Below the pieces are notes generated by a model, which was not told the DNA's origin, did not search any database, and saw nothing but the letters and a program-made list of their open reading frames with translations. 64,000 bases of DNA. Source: a virus. Made by a program: the position numbers and the translations under genes. This document shows positions 17,531 to 30,511 of the stretch, piece after piece. The stretch is from the IMG/VR virus record IMGVR_UViG_3300025687_000001, positions 96,862 through 160,861 of that record. The stretch is one strand, 5' to 3'. Every line of letters begins with the position of its first letter. The stretch's first letter is position 1.

Positions 17531-20500
17531 ATGACAAGCCTAGTAAGGCAGATTGACGCTGCCCTACAGCTTCTTGGTTGGAGTCCCCTTACGGACTTTG
17601 GAGAGATTAGTCTCTGCAGTTTACGTGAAGAGTGGGTGGCCGATATGACGGCTAATCTCTCCTGGCCGAGGGACGCCCAGATTAGTAGATGGTGCAGCAG
17701 CGCTACCCGTGGCGTAGGGAAAGAGGCGGGTACCACAATCTACGTCCTAGCCAACCTAAAAGACCCGCACATGGTGTTCCTGGCCTCCCTCACACACCTA
17801 GGCCCAAGCAAGTTCAGCAGCGAACACGCAGTGCTTCACGCAAACTACCCAAACTGGGAATGGCTGCTCAACCACACTGCAGCCCAGTAGAAAACCCCGA
17901 CGTGTCGTGCCTGCTACAACTAATCCATTGGGATACTTAAGTAAGTTAGCGGGTGTCATGGACCTCGCGGGCTTTACCTACGTTGATCGGTGGCTAACGC
18001 CTCAACTGATCGGGGGGTTGCCCACCGACATGGCCCACAACCCTAGCAGGGTAGACTATGTACTCGGAGAGTCCGTGCATGTAGTGGCGTGTGTCGTAGA
18101 AGTAGGGTTCCAGGTCAAGCAGGCCAAGCTGGCCATCTACGTCTACAGCCCTGAAAAGCCTGAAGTACCCGGCTACCACGCTGTGCTCGACAACGCTGTT
18201 GCCGCTTTCGGCGTTGTTGCTGCTTTCATTGAGGACATGAGATGAGCCTGATTGACCTTAGCAACTGGGACCCCGCCTTCATCAAGGCTAGCGCTGCTGC
18301 GCTGCTTACGCTGCCCGTTGACCCAGCAGAGGTGCAGGTCCAGCTGCGTGCTAGTGAGTTGAATACGTATTCCTCGGAAGGGGTGATGACATGGCCCTAC
18401 TCAAAGGATGTCCTCTCTAGCTATGGCGACACTCCGTGGGTCAGTGCAATCTGGTTAGACCTGGCCAACCTGCCAGGTCTTCACTTTCGGTCAGCCAGTT
18501 ACGACCTCTGGTACATCAATACTCGCTGGATCGTGGGGTGCAACGTCCACCCAGACCATCCAGGGCTGCCGGAGATATCCTGGTGCAAAGAAGTCAGCAC
18601 TCCCTACGAAGTCTACGAGGGCGGCGTGAGAGCACTCAATGAGCTCTGGTCCTGTGGATAGCCCGCCCTTGCACGGACGGCTGTTCGACCGTACATGGGC
18701 GCCACGGCCTGGTGCTGTACGTGTTTGTGCGGCTGAGCAGTGGTAGCGCCTACGTGGTCAGCAACGTGTCGTGGGCGCAAATGTTCAAGCGCCCTTCAAG
18801 ACAGGGAAATATGCTTCACGTAGGACGCCCTAGCTGGGAGCTGAAGCGCGAGCGTACGCGCGTAAGCCTTGAGCACCCCGCAGAAGTGCAGCAACACATC
18901 CTCAAGGAACTCGACCGGCCTCACAGGCATGCAAAACGAATTAGCGCTCAACGCTAAGCTGCTCCTGAGAGCAGCAGAGCTGTTAGGGTGGGAAGCGCCG
19001 GTGCAGGTAGCCACAAGCTCCCTGGACAAGCACATCGGGGCAGGGATCTACTACACTATTGGGCGGTTCTCAGGGCGAGGCATCACCATAAGCGTAGCTA
19101 CGAGCACCGACAACGTCTGGAAACCCCTGCTAACTTACGGACCCTGCGAGCGGCGCGAGCCTACGCACTGGGAAGACCGACAATACAAGCATCCCAAGTA
19201 CGTCTTCATGCCTTCGTATAGGCGAGAACAATGTAACAGCATACAAACACTGTTCGCAGCGACAGACTTTCTCGCAGAGCAAGCAGCGTGGTTCAGGGAC
19301 TGTTCCCGCAAGGGAAGGCTGTATGTACGAAAGGAGTACTCCTCGTGAGTGACCTGAGGACACTGCTTACCTCGCTTGCGCTGCTTGGGTTCCAAGCAAA
19401 CCGCGCGGGCGGCATGATCAGTGGTAGGTTCGAATTCAGCGAGGCCAATACATTGGTGCTAGTCTACGTGCCCGACGACCGAGGCCGCCTGTACTTGTCG
19501 CTGACCATAACGCCTTCCGCCCTAGACTGGGTGGCCTCGACAACTACCCAATTTCCGGTGACCTGGGTGACCCCCCAAGACTTCCCTGCAGTGGCAGCAT
19601 GGCTTCTCAGCGGATTGCCTCGAGATGAGTAAAGCAACGCTCAACGCTACCAATGACCAAGACTGAAGCGCGAGTAGCGCTAGAGGCGCATGGGTACGTG
19701 GCCCGCTACCCCTCCGCTGCTTTCCCTAATCACGCTAACGGGGTACTGGTAGCTAAGCGCGGAGCGCCTACTGTGCTATCGCTGTCCTATAACCCGGACG
19801 TACTGGACCTGGTACTCGAGGTAGGTTCTGCAGATGTGTGGAAACAATCGGGTGGGCTCTTTGTTCAGTGGCATCTTCCGGGTCTTCGACCAATAGGTAC
19901 CCCCTACCACTACCACCACGACGGTTACCTGCCGTCTGAGTACTTCCTGGAGTTCTTGCTGCTGATGAAGAAAGCCTTTCATGACATCACCGGCAGCTGA
20001 GCTCCTTTTTAGCCCGCAAGACCAGGCGGCGTTTGTGGCACAAGCGAGTATGAACCTGACTACCGCGGCACAGGTCTTTGATCTTTGCGGCTACGATGTC
20101 GAAGCCGTCTACCCAACTAGGCCGTCGCTGTTAGCCACCACCCGCGGCGCCTTCTCCACCGGCGGCGCCTTCTCTGGGCAAACTGCGGACACAATAGAGT
20201 GTGAGCTTAGCATCGACTCGTGTGGTTTCCTATTGACAGTCCTCTACGGGAAGGCTTGGTATCCCACTCTTAGAGATCCCTTGCGCACTTGGGTAGACAG
20301 CGAACCCCACATGCAAGAGCTAGAAGTACACACAGCGCAAGAGCTGCTTGCGCTGTGTGCGTGGCTGAAGACAGCGCTGTGAGCCACAACAGATACCCTA
20401 CAAATGAAGAGGCCTGGGAGATGCTAAAGCTCATGGGCTTCCACCAGTCTTACATCCCTAGCCATGTACGCGAATCTCTCTCTGCTGTGTACTGCTATCC

Positions 20501-23500
20501 AAAAGTACACATGCGACACGCGGTCCTTGAGATACGGTGGTTCGAAGGCGCAGGGAACCTTTTCGCCCATTTGAGCGGTGGCTGGGTCAGCAACACACTT
20601 ACGTCACCGTGGGAGATAATGTTTGTTCGGTGGGACCCGTGGGAGCCAGGCCTTCCACACACTCTCGCTGGAGTAGCGCTAACGCTGCCCAAGCTGCAAG
20701 CTCGGCTCGCCGAGCTCATGCAGCAATTCAAGGAAGCCAATGCTTCGCTGTACGCCTGACCGAGCTTGTCTTGTCTTTGAGCTGCTAGGGTTCGCCAACC
20801 TGGCGTACTACACCCGGGACCCCCAGCGCCGAGCCGCCACGGGATTTCACAGCGCGGGAGGCCACCTCTACGCTCTCGTAGTGGCCTGGGACGCGGAGGT
20901 GGAAGAGTTTTTCTCCGAAGCAGGCCTCGGCATGATCCTCGACACTTCGGATCCCCCCACGCAGCCTCCGACAGTGGTTTGGTCCGCGATGTATCCTCCG
21001 GAGCCCTTGCTCCCAGCAATAGAAGTGAAGACAGTGCAAGAGCTGCTCAACGCTACTTGCGCTGCTTTCGCTGCTTTCCATGAAAAATACGGAGATGACT
21101 AGAACAGAGTTTGAGATGCTGGCCACGATGTGTGGTTACAGAGTGATTACGAGAGACAAAAACGTGTCTAAGTCGTCTGTCGTGGCCTTCGCTACTTGCT
21201 ATGACACAGGACGAACTAAGCGCGGTGACACGCCCGCAGTGCTAGTCAAGTGGCTAGCGCCTCCGCCTACATACTTAGGGGTCACCGCAGGCTACGCCCG
21301 CCTAATTCCCCTCATCCACGAGGGTAGACTGACACACTGGACTCACTGGACGAGGCAGGTATACTCCTCTGGGATCCCCCCGCTGCCTGATGCCAAAGAG
21401 CTAGCAGCGCTGTTTGCGTGGTTGGCGGAAGGAGTCCTAAGTGTTGAGACCTAGTGTCCTCCGGGAGGTGCTTGCGCTAGCTGGGTACCACCCTGCTTCC
21501 ATCCGACACTGGTTTGTGCTGACTTCTCGAGGCACGTCTGTCCCCCACCTGGCAGAGTCTGACTGTTTTGTCTTGAGTGTAGATATCACCATGCAGGGAT
21601 CACTGCGCTTCGAGGCAGGCACTGCTATAGTTGCTTTCTCTGCTGAAGACGACCCAGGCTGCTGCGCAAAACTCTTTCGCTACGGCCGCGCTTCTCTGGT
21701 GGAAAGCCTAGACACACCAGACACACCCGAAGAGCTCCTCGAGCTCCTGGTAAACAAGGCGGAAGCCTTTTACAGGGAGTACAGTGCCAAGCATTGAGCT
21801 GAGTGACAGTAGGAAAGAGTGGCTGCTACAGCTTGCCGGGTTTGAGATGGTGTACTTAGCTCCACGGCAATACATTGGTAGTCTTAGGCTGCCCGCAACC
21901 GGACAACTCTTGCTGGCACAACCACTGACAACAGAGCTACGCATGTGGCACGGCGTGGGAGGTACTCACCAGACGTCTTACGGTCGCAGGTCCTACAGCT
22001 GGCAAAGCATACCAGTCTTTATCCACTGGCAATATCAAGGCCCAACAGAGTGGGCAGTGTACGCACAGCTGGTAGAGGCAGCCAACGAGTTTATGGAGAC
22101 TGGTGTCATCGAGATGTGTTGTGACCAGGACTGAGATGCGAGCGCCGCTAGCGCTGCTTGGCTTTCGCGTTTTGAGCAAGGAAGGCCCCTTGGAGTGGGA
22201 GGTAGCGGCGAAACAGCTGCCTGGTAGGCCAAAGCTTATCTACGTAGATATGGCAAAGGCCGGACCTCCGCATAAGCTCAATGTGTACATAGGTGACGGG
22301 GTAATCCTCGGAGTAGAGACAGACGCATACCTGAGGGGAATTAGGTGGGGCTCCCCTCCTAAGATAAACCGCAGCGACTGAAGTGTCAGCACTCCGATAC
22401 AGTTGGCCATTGTGTTAGCCAACCAAGTAAGGCTTGCTCATGACTAGGACTGAGATTGGTATTGTCTACCTTGCCTTAGGCATAGAGACTACCACACCCA
22501 AGCCCACACACTACTATCCCTGGTTCCTCGGGGTTAGAGAAGTGGGTCCCTGCGTTTTGTGGGTAGAGACCAGCAACTCTGACGCAAGTGGCGTGAGAAG
22601 CCACATCAATGCTTACTGGGGCCCAGGAGTGTTAGAAGGCTCCGTGGGTCGCAGACGACCTGACCGCGGATGGGACGTTGTACACCGCAGACACTTCAAC
22701 TGTGACACCCCGCAAGAACTCTACGATCTCCTGGTACAAGTAATAGGTGAGATCGCAAAGCATGACTCGAACTGAGCAATGTAGCCACTACCAGCTGCTC
22801 CTGGAAATCACAGACCGCTTCGTTAGATATGCCTCTCGTGACTAAGCAAGAGCTAGCAATGACATTGTCGCTGACAGGGTTTACCCGGACACACCCTGCT
22901 GACGCTGTTTGGGTTGGCGGCGCTAAAGGTGTAGGAGACAACCTGCTGTGGGTTACCATCACTGATGTCATAGGCGAGTGGTACACCCGAGCTGAGTGGG
23001 GGACTGGCTCCTTAGCCAATCGCTCGACTTTGACTCACTACTCCCATAGGGACGGCTACACGGGCACGGAATACTACCCTAGGTGGGCGTACCGCCGAGA
23101 CGGGGGCTTCTTCCCAAGGCGCAAGCAGGTCAAAGCAACGTCAGCAACGCCAGCAGCGTTCCTCGCTGAGCTCGCTGAACTCACTGCTCGCGCTGCTGCC
23201 TACGACCCCACAAAGACAGCATGACACGCGCAGAAGCAGAGCTGGCGCTGACTTGCGCTGGCTACACGCTGATGTTGTGGCCTGGGGTGTTCTTAAGGAA
23301 AATCGAGGGATCCTTACATAGCGTGGGAAGGCGAACGCAGGTACCCGCTTTACCGGCTAAAGAAAAGACACGACGTGACCAGCTTACGCGGCTTCGCTGA
23401 TTTCCTTGTTGCGCTGAGAGAGCAGTACTTGCAGGAGGTTGGGTGCTGAGCCCAGCTCAAGCAGCGCTAGCAATGCAAGGGGCGGGGTTGATGCTGACTA

Positions 23501-24227
23501 GCGAACGAGCTGCCCCGATCCTCCGCGTCGGGAGTCTGCTTCGAATACCATGGGCCCCCGCGGACACTCGGGAATACGCCCCCGGCCTCGGGGCCACCTA
23601 CACCGAGAATAGTCACGGTGAGGGCAGGCTGTACGTGCGCACTGGACCAGCGCGATGGACGCCTCGAGTTTCCGTGGGAGGTCAGCCCTACGCCACAATT
23701 AGCTGGAAGCTAGATGGCGCGTTGATGCAACAAATACCCTGGGACTCCAACGACCCTGTTGAGCTGACGCGCTTCTTGCGCTGGTTCGTTGATTGGTTTG
23801 TCGAGACACAGGCTAAAGAAAAGTGATCAGCGCAAGCAGCGTTAGCCTGATTTTAGAGGTACTAGGGTTCAGGCTAGCTTACCCGTACCAGCCAAAGTTA
23901 GTTGTCGGTGGGGGGTTGCAAGTGCCCTTTACCGGTAAGCTAGCCACTAGTCTAGTCGTGGAGCACTACCGCTTAGCCAACGTCTTGTACCTTTACTGCG
24001 GTAACGCCTTGGTTTGGGATCCTGAACCAGGCATCACTGTCGTGGAGGTCAAGGACGACATAGACCAACTGGGCCTGTACACCAACGCACCTGAGGATCC
24101 CACAGAGCTCTATAACTTCTTGTTATGGATCGTCGACTGGTTCGTTTCAACCAGACATGCCGCGACGAGCAGCCTCAGCGAAGGCAGAGAAGGCAGCGTC
24201 AGCCCGGTGTCGGCCCAGACCACTTAA
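17531..24227 (+). CDS. Left arm of an array of ~17 diverged paralog-like small proteins (95-140 aa)
   Basis: Recurrent N-terminal helix ending L-x-G-[WFY] (LQLLGW, AELLGW, ALLGF, EAHGY, DLCGY, KLMGF, ELLGF, TMCGY, ALAGY, QLAGF, SLTGF, EVLGF) and C-terminal T/D-P-x-E-L helix (TAQELL, TVQELL, TPEELL, TPQELY, DPVELT, DPTELY). Confidence 0.65.
22121..22447 (+). pseudogene. Array member interrupted by in-frame TGA (22379-22381)
   Basis: Reading through gives SVSTPIQLAIVLANQVRLAHD, the family C-terminal motif, ending overlapped with the next start. Confidence 0.55.
23221..23449 (+). pseudogene. Truncated/frameshifted array member
   Basis: MTRAEAELALTCAGY start; C-terminal-like VTSLRGFADFLVAL lies in another frame. 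Confidence 0.45.
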
Positions 24228-24330
24228 CAGGTACTGGGCTGACACCGGAAGTTGCGCTAGTTCTCGCTTTAGATTTACCGGGCCAGGCTGTTGCGGAGTA
24301 CGCGCGTAGTACGACTCCTTGACAATGCCT

Positions 24331-25140
24331 CTAGCGCTCAGCTCCCCCCGGTAGGGCGTTTCTTTTAGCTCCGACATGGTCTAAGTCTAGGGCTGCGGTG
24401 GGGGGAAAGGCAAGCTTACGCTGCTGCTCTGCTTGCTTGAGAAAAGCGAGGGGGTCGGGGTGCTGCTGGAGCTGCCTAAGCAGCTTAGCGTCTAAAGAAT
24501 CATCAACAGCGAAGGCAGCGTCGAAGGCGTGTCCATACGAGACGTCATCGTCGTATAGCAGCTCCTGCAGCTTATCGTAGGTGAACTGCTCCCAATTTGG
24601 GTGCTGCTTGCGCCAGAGCACGCGGAGCTTGGTGATTGGATCGCCGTCTCGGTCGTCTAGGACATCAAAGTACGAGTCGTCCCAGCAGGCGCGGAATTCT
24701 CTGTCGGTTGAGCTAGTAAAGGCCAGCAGCGCCTGCCAGGCAGCAAGGCCAGCTTCTTTTAGGTCGGGGAGCGAGGAGGGCGTTGCTTGCGCTGCTGCTC
24801 TGAGGGCTTCTAAGGCGTCGAGCAGCTGACCATAGGCAGGGGTAGGGACTTGGTCTCTTCGTGGGCCTACGCTGACGAGGGCCGCATCTACGCGCTTTAA
24901 CACCTCCAAGCCTATGGAGACGTTTATGCTTTGCAACCTGCCCACCTTACGACCTGCTTTGCTGCTTCGTTGTTTGACCGCGCCCTGGAGCCAAGTAGCG
25001 AGGATCGCATGGGCGCGTTGAGGATTTACGTAGGGCATATACCGATGATTCGTGTCTGGGGTTTCGAGGGTAGAAAAAGCATATCGCAGAGGAAGTGAGT
25101 AAGAAACAGCGCAAGCAGCGCCAGCAACACTTTCATCCAC
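24331..25140 (-). CDS. Hypothetical helical protein next to the origin-like region
   Basis: 269-aa ORF against the local gene direction; start uncertain. Confidence 0.6.
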   Translation of the reverse strand: MDESVAGAACAVSYSLPLRYAFSTLETPDTNHRYMPYVNPQRAHAILATWLQGAVKQRSSKAGRKVGRLQSINVSIGLEVLKRVDAALVSVGPRRDQVPTPAYGQLLDALEALRAAAQATPSSLPDLKEAGLAAWQALLAFTSSTDREFRACWDDSYFDVLDDRDGDPITKLRVLWRKQHPNWEQFTYDKLQELLYDDDVSYGHAFDAAFAVDDSLDAKLLRQLQQHPDPLAFLKQAEQQRKLAFPPTAALDLDHVGAKRNALPGGAER

Positions 25141-26260
25141 ATCAATGATATCCTCTATTACTTCTAACAGAGAACCCCTGTTTTCAATGATTACGCGGAC
25201 TTAGCCAGTAAGCTTCGAAATTTTCGAACGCGCTCTAAGTACTGGAATCTATTGGGAAATCAGACACAAGTCTCACGTTATAACTAACAATCCTTTTTTC
25301 CCTTTAATTTCAAGGGTTTCGACTTTTGGTTTTCGATTGTCAATAAGTTTCAAGTACTTAGGCGTTGCCCTGCGCGAGCAGCCGCCTCGAAAAGTGGCCC
25401 TAATGCGCTGATTTCATTGAGAAATTCGCTGCATCTATATCTTTATGGGAGAGGTTTTGCGCACCATAACCTAATACCCAAAACCCTGGCTACTAGAGTA
25501 GCCGACAAAAGAGCGGCATAGAATTGTAAAATTCCATAAGCAAATCTTATGGTAACCCAACACTGCAAGCTCAAGCAGCGCTAATAGGCTTTCTCGACCC
25601 TCAGGAGAAAATTTTGACTTTTGAGATTACTAACACAAATAACAAATAAGCTTTAATGAGTAATAAAAGCTTCTACTTCTTATGCATTGAGACATAAATG
25701 TCCCAGCAGATTTCGTTTGTAAGCTCTTTACCCAGTACTCTCTCATAAAGATATAGATATAGGTAAAAAGGTAATAGTTTTAGTTAGTTAGGGTCACTTT
25801 TGCAGGCGGCTGCTCGCGCAGGGCAGTCTCTAACTACCCGGAATCTATGCGCATTTGCTTTTCGAAAGTCGAACTCGTTGAAATCATTAAGAATTTCCCG
25901 ATTTTCAGCTATGCAAAAAGTATAAGGTGTAACTTTACCGTATGACTAGATTTTGAAATCTCTACTATTCCTCACAAGCTTCTATTCCCGCGGACGTTTT
26001 TGCTCTAATACTTCTACGCCGACATGTAGGTATAGAAACTACTTCTACTGAGACCTTAGCACCTCACTTTTTGCAGCACACGCACCTACATGTACTGCGC
26101 TGTCGTATCAGCGTTCACATCAAAAACAGTGCTCTCGCCCTCCGCACTTTCTAAATCCCCCAAATCCTCCACCAACCCCCTCCCTCGCTCAAATTCCGCC
26201 CCCGACCCAAATCGCGCTACTCTTTCCGCACAACAACAACCGGCTTCCTGGTAAAAGAAC
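25141..26260. other. AT-rich non-coding region with a long imperfect inverted repeat; putative replication origin or packaging/terminal site
   Basis: 25366-25403 pairs with 25788-25825 (35/38) and 25433-25453 with 25738-25758 (20/21) about the same centre (25595.5); weaker symmetry extends to about 25300/25890. Confidence 0.7.
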
Positions 26261-26263
26261 ACG

Positions 26264-28746
26264 ATGAGCAACCCCCCAACTCCACCCTGGGTCCGAACTA
26301 CCGCGCGACTCGTTCGCACGAAGGAATTCAAGACCCTCCTGGAGTCGTTGATGCCCCCACACAAGGCACGCATCCTCGCTGAGGCATTGACGAACTACTA
26401 CTCTGTAGACAGAAACCCAGAAGCCCGAGAGAACTACTGGGATGAGTTCACTGATCCGGGCCTAGAGCTGTGCTTTGACAAACACGGCCCCCGCTTCGAA
26501 GGCAGCGCAGGCAGCGCAAGCAGCGCAAGCAGCGCAAACAAGGCCCTCCAAGCAATCGTGGCCACCGTAGCCCCCTCTCACCCCTCTACCCGCCCCCCAC
26601 ACTCCGCTCAAACCCCCGCGCCCACGCCCACCCAACTCTCTGCTAGCCCTAATGAGCGCAAGTAAGACGTACGCGCGTACAACCGAGCAAGTTTCTGCCA
26701 CCCCCAGCACCTCCGCCACCCCCGACCCCATCGACTGGCTCACCACCGACGCAGGGTTGGCGTGGCTTCGCTGGCTCACCCTGCCTGTAGTCGTACGCCC
26801 GTGGTTCCCTACGGGAGTAGTGGCAGTTGCCGCAAACCCTATAACCACCACCTCCGCCAGCGCTTTGCGAGACTTCGCCGCCAAGCTCCACGACACCAGC
26901 CGCTTGTTGTTGGCAGTCTTGCCCTCCTCCGCAGATAACCTATTGGCGGGCGCTTACTTGGACACAAGCACAGCCCGATTATTCACTCGAACAATGCGTA
27001 ACGTAACTCTCGCCAATACCGCCTCTCTCTGCGACCTCCAGGACCCCCTCGAGCTCCACAAATGGCTGACAGAGCAAGCAGCGCTAGTGCACCAACAGCA
27101 CTAGCACCACACCTAAGCGACGAAGAAGAGCTAGCCTGCCTGGTGCGTACCCTGGCACCCACTACTCTCCTGGCTGGCTACGAGCTCGTGCACCAAGACC
27201 TTACAGACAAGAGGTACTGGCGCTTCGTGTTGGATGACGTAGCTGGCGAGTTCAGCCAGACTTCCACCGACCTCGACGTCTGGCAGCTCCCCTGCACCTC
27301 CGCCACACACCCCACCCCCGCCTGCATAATGGCAATCAATCCTTACGCTGACTGCATGCGAGTCGTTTGGATTGAGGGAGACCCGTCACGTGAGCTTATG
27401 GGACCAAGCATCAAGCTAGCTACATTCGACTTCCCGGAACCTCTCTTCCCGGTCACCCCCACCACCCAGCTTGAGTTTTACACGTGGCTAGTAGAGTGCA
27501 AGAAGAAGTACCTGGCGCCATCCAGAACACAGTCGCCCAGTTAGCTGGGTTTGTGTACTCTTACGAAGAGGCCACGTTACCTGCTTACTGGGAGACCTTC
27601 CTTGATCACTACCCAGACCGCGCTTTCTCCACAGCGGACTGCGCGTTTTATGTCTGGGAATACACCATAAAGCGATAGTGTCGCTCAACCCCTACCCACC
27701 CCCAGGCCGCAGTCCCTACTTGGTTAGCCCCTCCGTTCCACACGGGACTTTTCCTCTTCAGGTCTCTCAGGATTCTCCAAACCCATTGGACACCCAGCAC
27801 TACCTGGATTTCTATGTAGGGCTGACCCGTCTGCGCCTGGCAGTGTTCCCAGCGCCGCCAGGAGCACCATGACCCCAGAAGAAATCGCAGCAGCACTAAC
27901 AGCGCTAGCACCGACAGCAGCGCTAGCAGGGTACGTCTCTACAAAACCTACCAGCGTCTCTGCTGGCCTCGGTGCCAACGCCCACTATGACCCGCGGTTC
28001 TGGCAGCGCACGTTGGACAATTACCAGGGGTTTAATGAACAGGTAGCTGTGTGGGATATCTGGGTATACGAAGCAACTGGCAATGACACCGGAAGCAACG
28101 ACTTACGGGCAGTCATCATTGCTGTAAACCCATATGCCCGCGCCCTACAGTGGGTGTGTGCTTTCCCAGCTACGCCAACCCTAATAGAAGCAAGGTTCCG
28201 ACTCCCTACTAACACCAGCACCAACACACCCTACCCACCCTTTTTCCACTGGGAACTATACACGTGGCTATGTACCTGTCGAAAGAAAAGCCTTACGGCG
28301 ACCTTCCAAACCCAGTAAGATACAAACTCCTGGTCGACTTCGTAAACATGGCAGAGAAGGTCCTGCTACTCACTGCCTTGCCAGTGCGGCTGGGCGACTC
28401 TCCAGAGTATTACAGGCATATCTTGTTGCCTACGTACGAGACATGGAAGCGGGATGTGTTCAACCGCTGTGCGCGCAACCCCGTCCCTAGCCCCAGCGGG
28501 CATCCCTGTGCTGATTACTACAACCACCTGGCTTTGGTGTACACAGAGCCGGAAGGCGAGCGCGCCTCGAACACTCAGACAGAATCCTGGGTCTTCTGTC
28601 TGAGTGTGGTTGACTTGACTCTGTGCACCTTCAGCAGCAGCATATCGGGCCCAGCATACATCCGTCCCATGCCAGACCCACGCACCCCCAATGCTCCGAC
28701 AGAGCTACTGGAATACATCCTAATGTGTCATAAGGCACTAACATGA
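26264..28746 (+). CDS. Hypothetical genes incl. a closely related triplet (27062-27544, frameshifted 27484-27872, 27869-28318)
   Basis: Shared LAPT..LAGY, W...LD, VW, A(I/V)NPY and YTWL..C.KK motifs. Confidence 0.6.
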
Positions 28747-29618
28747 CACCAGCAATACTGCTCAACCCCTTCTTCACTGCCATCACGCAAAGCACGCAGC
28801 GTACGGCAACGTTCTACATGTTTCAGTACTCGCCGGAGTCTTACCCGCCGGCGCCAGCCCCGGTGGCCAACACTTTGCTCCAGTACACAGTGCACACGCC
28901 GCCCTCTCTCGCGAGCACTGCTCTCGCAGCTGTTCCTTCTCCAACAGCAGCGCTAGCAGCGTACGTTCCCTCCCCACTAAGAGAGCTAGCGCTGCTAAAC
29001 ATGGTAAACGTGGGGGGACTCCCGCTCTTTGTACCTTGCGTAGACATGAAGACGGCCTCTTTTCGCACTGCCGGGCTCACGCCGGGCGCTTACATGACCA
29101 TCGTACAAGACGTCGCAGAGATGGAAGACTACCTTGGGTTGCCAGCCATGATTTTCGACACGGGCAATTCTTATCATGTGTACTTCGAAGGGCTGTTGAC
29201 TCAGAGTGCGCACGAGACGTGGTTGGGGTGGCTACGCGACCTGGCTGAATCGGCGCAGTCGGACATTCGCTCACCGCAGATAGACTACACTTGGGTCAGG
29301 AACACCATCGACCGCAGGGTAGCAACGCTTCGGTGGACGCACACCACGCGGAGCAAGCAGCAAATCAAGCATTTGCCAACGCTTGCGTACATGCCACACG
29401 CGTCTGACAGCTCTCCGCTGGTCCCGCGGACCTGGCTGGACCCTGAACACCCCGAAAACCCGTTCACTGCCCACCCAGCCCTCGGTCACAGCAGGTATTA
29501 TGACGCGCGAACGCTGCCGCTGCCTCCGAACCCAGACCCGGATTTGCGGCCTGTTTTTGCTCGCACCAAAGCCGCCAGCATCTCCACCCCCAAAGCGAAC
29601 TACACATGGACTCTCTGA
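28743..29618 (+). CDS. Divergent archaeo-eukaryotic primase (AEP)-like protein
   Basis: hhhD motif (VPCVDMK), motif II IFDTGNSYHVYF, QIDYTW...ATLRWT. Confidence 0.5.
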   Translation: MTPAILLNPFFTAITQSTQRTATFYMFQYSPESYPPAPAPVANTLLQYTVHTPPSLASTALAAVPSPTAALAAYVPSPLRELALLNMVNVGGLPLFVPCVDMKTASFRTAGLTPGAYMTIVQDVAEMEDYLGLPAMIFDTGNSYHVYFEGLLTQSAHETWLGWLRDLAESAQSDIRSPQIDYTWVRNTIDRRVATLRWTHTTRSKQQIKHLPTLAYMPHASDSSPLVPRTWLDPEHPENPFTAHPALGHSRYYDARTLPLPPNPDPDLRPVFARTKAASISTPKANYTWTL

Positions 29619-30511
29619 GCTACATCCTCAAGACGCGCATGCCGGAGCACCTGGACACGTTCAAGAGGCACTCTCTGCCACTGGAGTGGTCACGGCTCAC
29701 GCAGAAGCGCTTGCTGTACCACCCGGACACGCGTGCGATCTGGAACCAGCTGAGGTACTACGGGCTGCCAATGTACGCAGCGCAAGCAGCGCATGCAGCG
29801 AAAGCAGCGCTCATGCCGCTCTCAAGCCACAAACACACACCTGCCATCTACGAGGGCCTGAACTTTGACCTGATGGACCTCTCCCGCACGGTGTGGGGTA
29901 CGCTTGAGCTTCCGGCGTGCAGCTTTGTTGGAGCAGACCTCTCCCACTCCAACTTCTCTCGAGCCAATCTCACCAACACCGACTTCACGTACGCCAAAGC
30001 CACCAACGCGAAGTTCTCTCGTACGTTGGACCTGAGGCACATTTCGTACCTGCGTAGCCGTACTCCGGCAATCAATAAGCGCCCCACCATGTACCACGAC
30101 CGAGCGCGAGACGGCTCGGCAACACTATGGCCTTTGGAGGACTTTCAGCGCGCCCCCGACGCCCCGCCCCCCAAGCCACTCCCACCATCGCCAAAAGCGC
30201 CAGCGTCGCGGTCGGTGTTGTGCTTGTGTACACTGCACCACTGGCATGCACGAGCCTTTCTGGCTCGACGAGCGTTGCGCACGTGGAAGTGGAAGTACCA
30301 ACACGAGTGGGTGATTCACTTCCCGACAGGCTTTACCCCCGAAACCCGTCAAGCCGTCCGCATTCTACGCGCGTACGGGTACATTCCACACCTGCTGGCC
30401 GTCGAGTTGCACAGCGCGGGCTGGGAAGCTGGAGTGTTTTCGAGCTTTCTGCCGATGCCGGTTAGCGGTACTGAGTGGGAGACAGTGCGGGTGGTAGAGC
30501 GGCGGTTGTGA
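29606..30511 (+). CDS. Pentapeptide-repeat-containing protein
   Basis: ACSFVGADLSHSNFSRANLTNTDFTYAKATNAKFS. Confidence 0.7.
   Translation: MDSLSYILKTRMPEHLDTFKRHSLPLEWSRLTQKRLLYHPDTRAIWNQLRYYGLPMYAAQAAHAAKAALMPLSSHKHTPAIYEGLNFDLMDLSRTVWGTLELPACSFVGADLSHSNFSRANLTNTDFTYAKATNAKFSRTLDLRHISYLRSRTPAINKRPTMYHDRARDGSATLWPLEDFQRAPDAPPPKPLPPSPKAPASRSVLCLCTLHHWHARAFLARRALRTWKWKYQHEWVIHFPTGFTPETRQAVRILRAYGYIPHLLAVELHSAGWEAGVFSSFLPMPVSGTEWETVRVVERRL

Noticed and set aside
17531-24227. Array proteins as HicA toxins (L..GF/W start)
   Set aside because: They lack the GSH catalytic motif, are longer than HicA and have no HicB partners.
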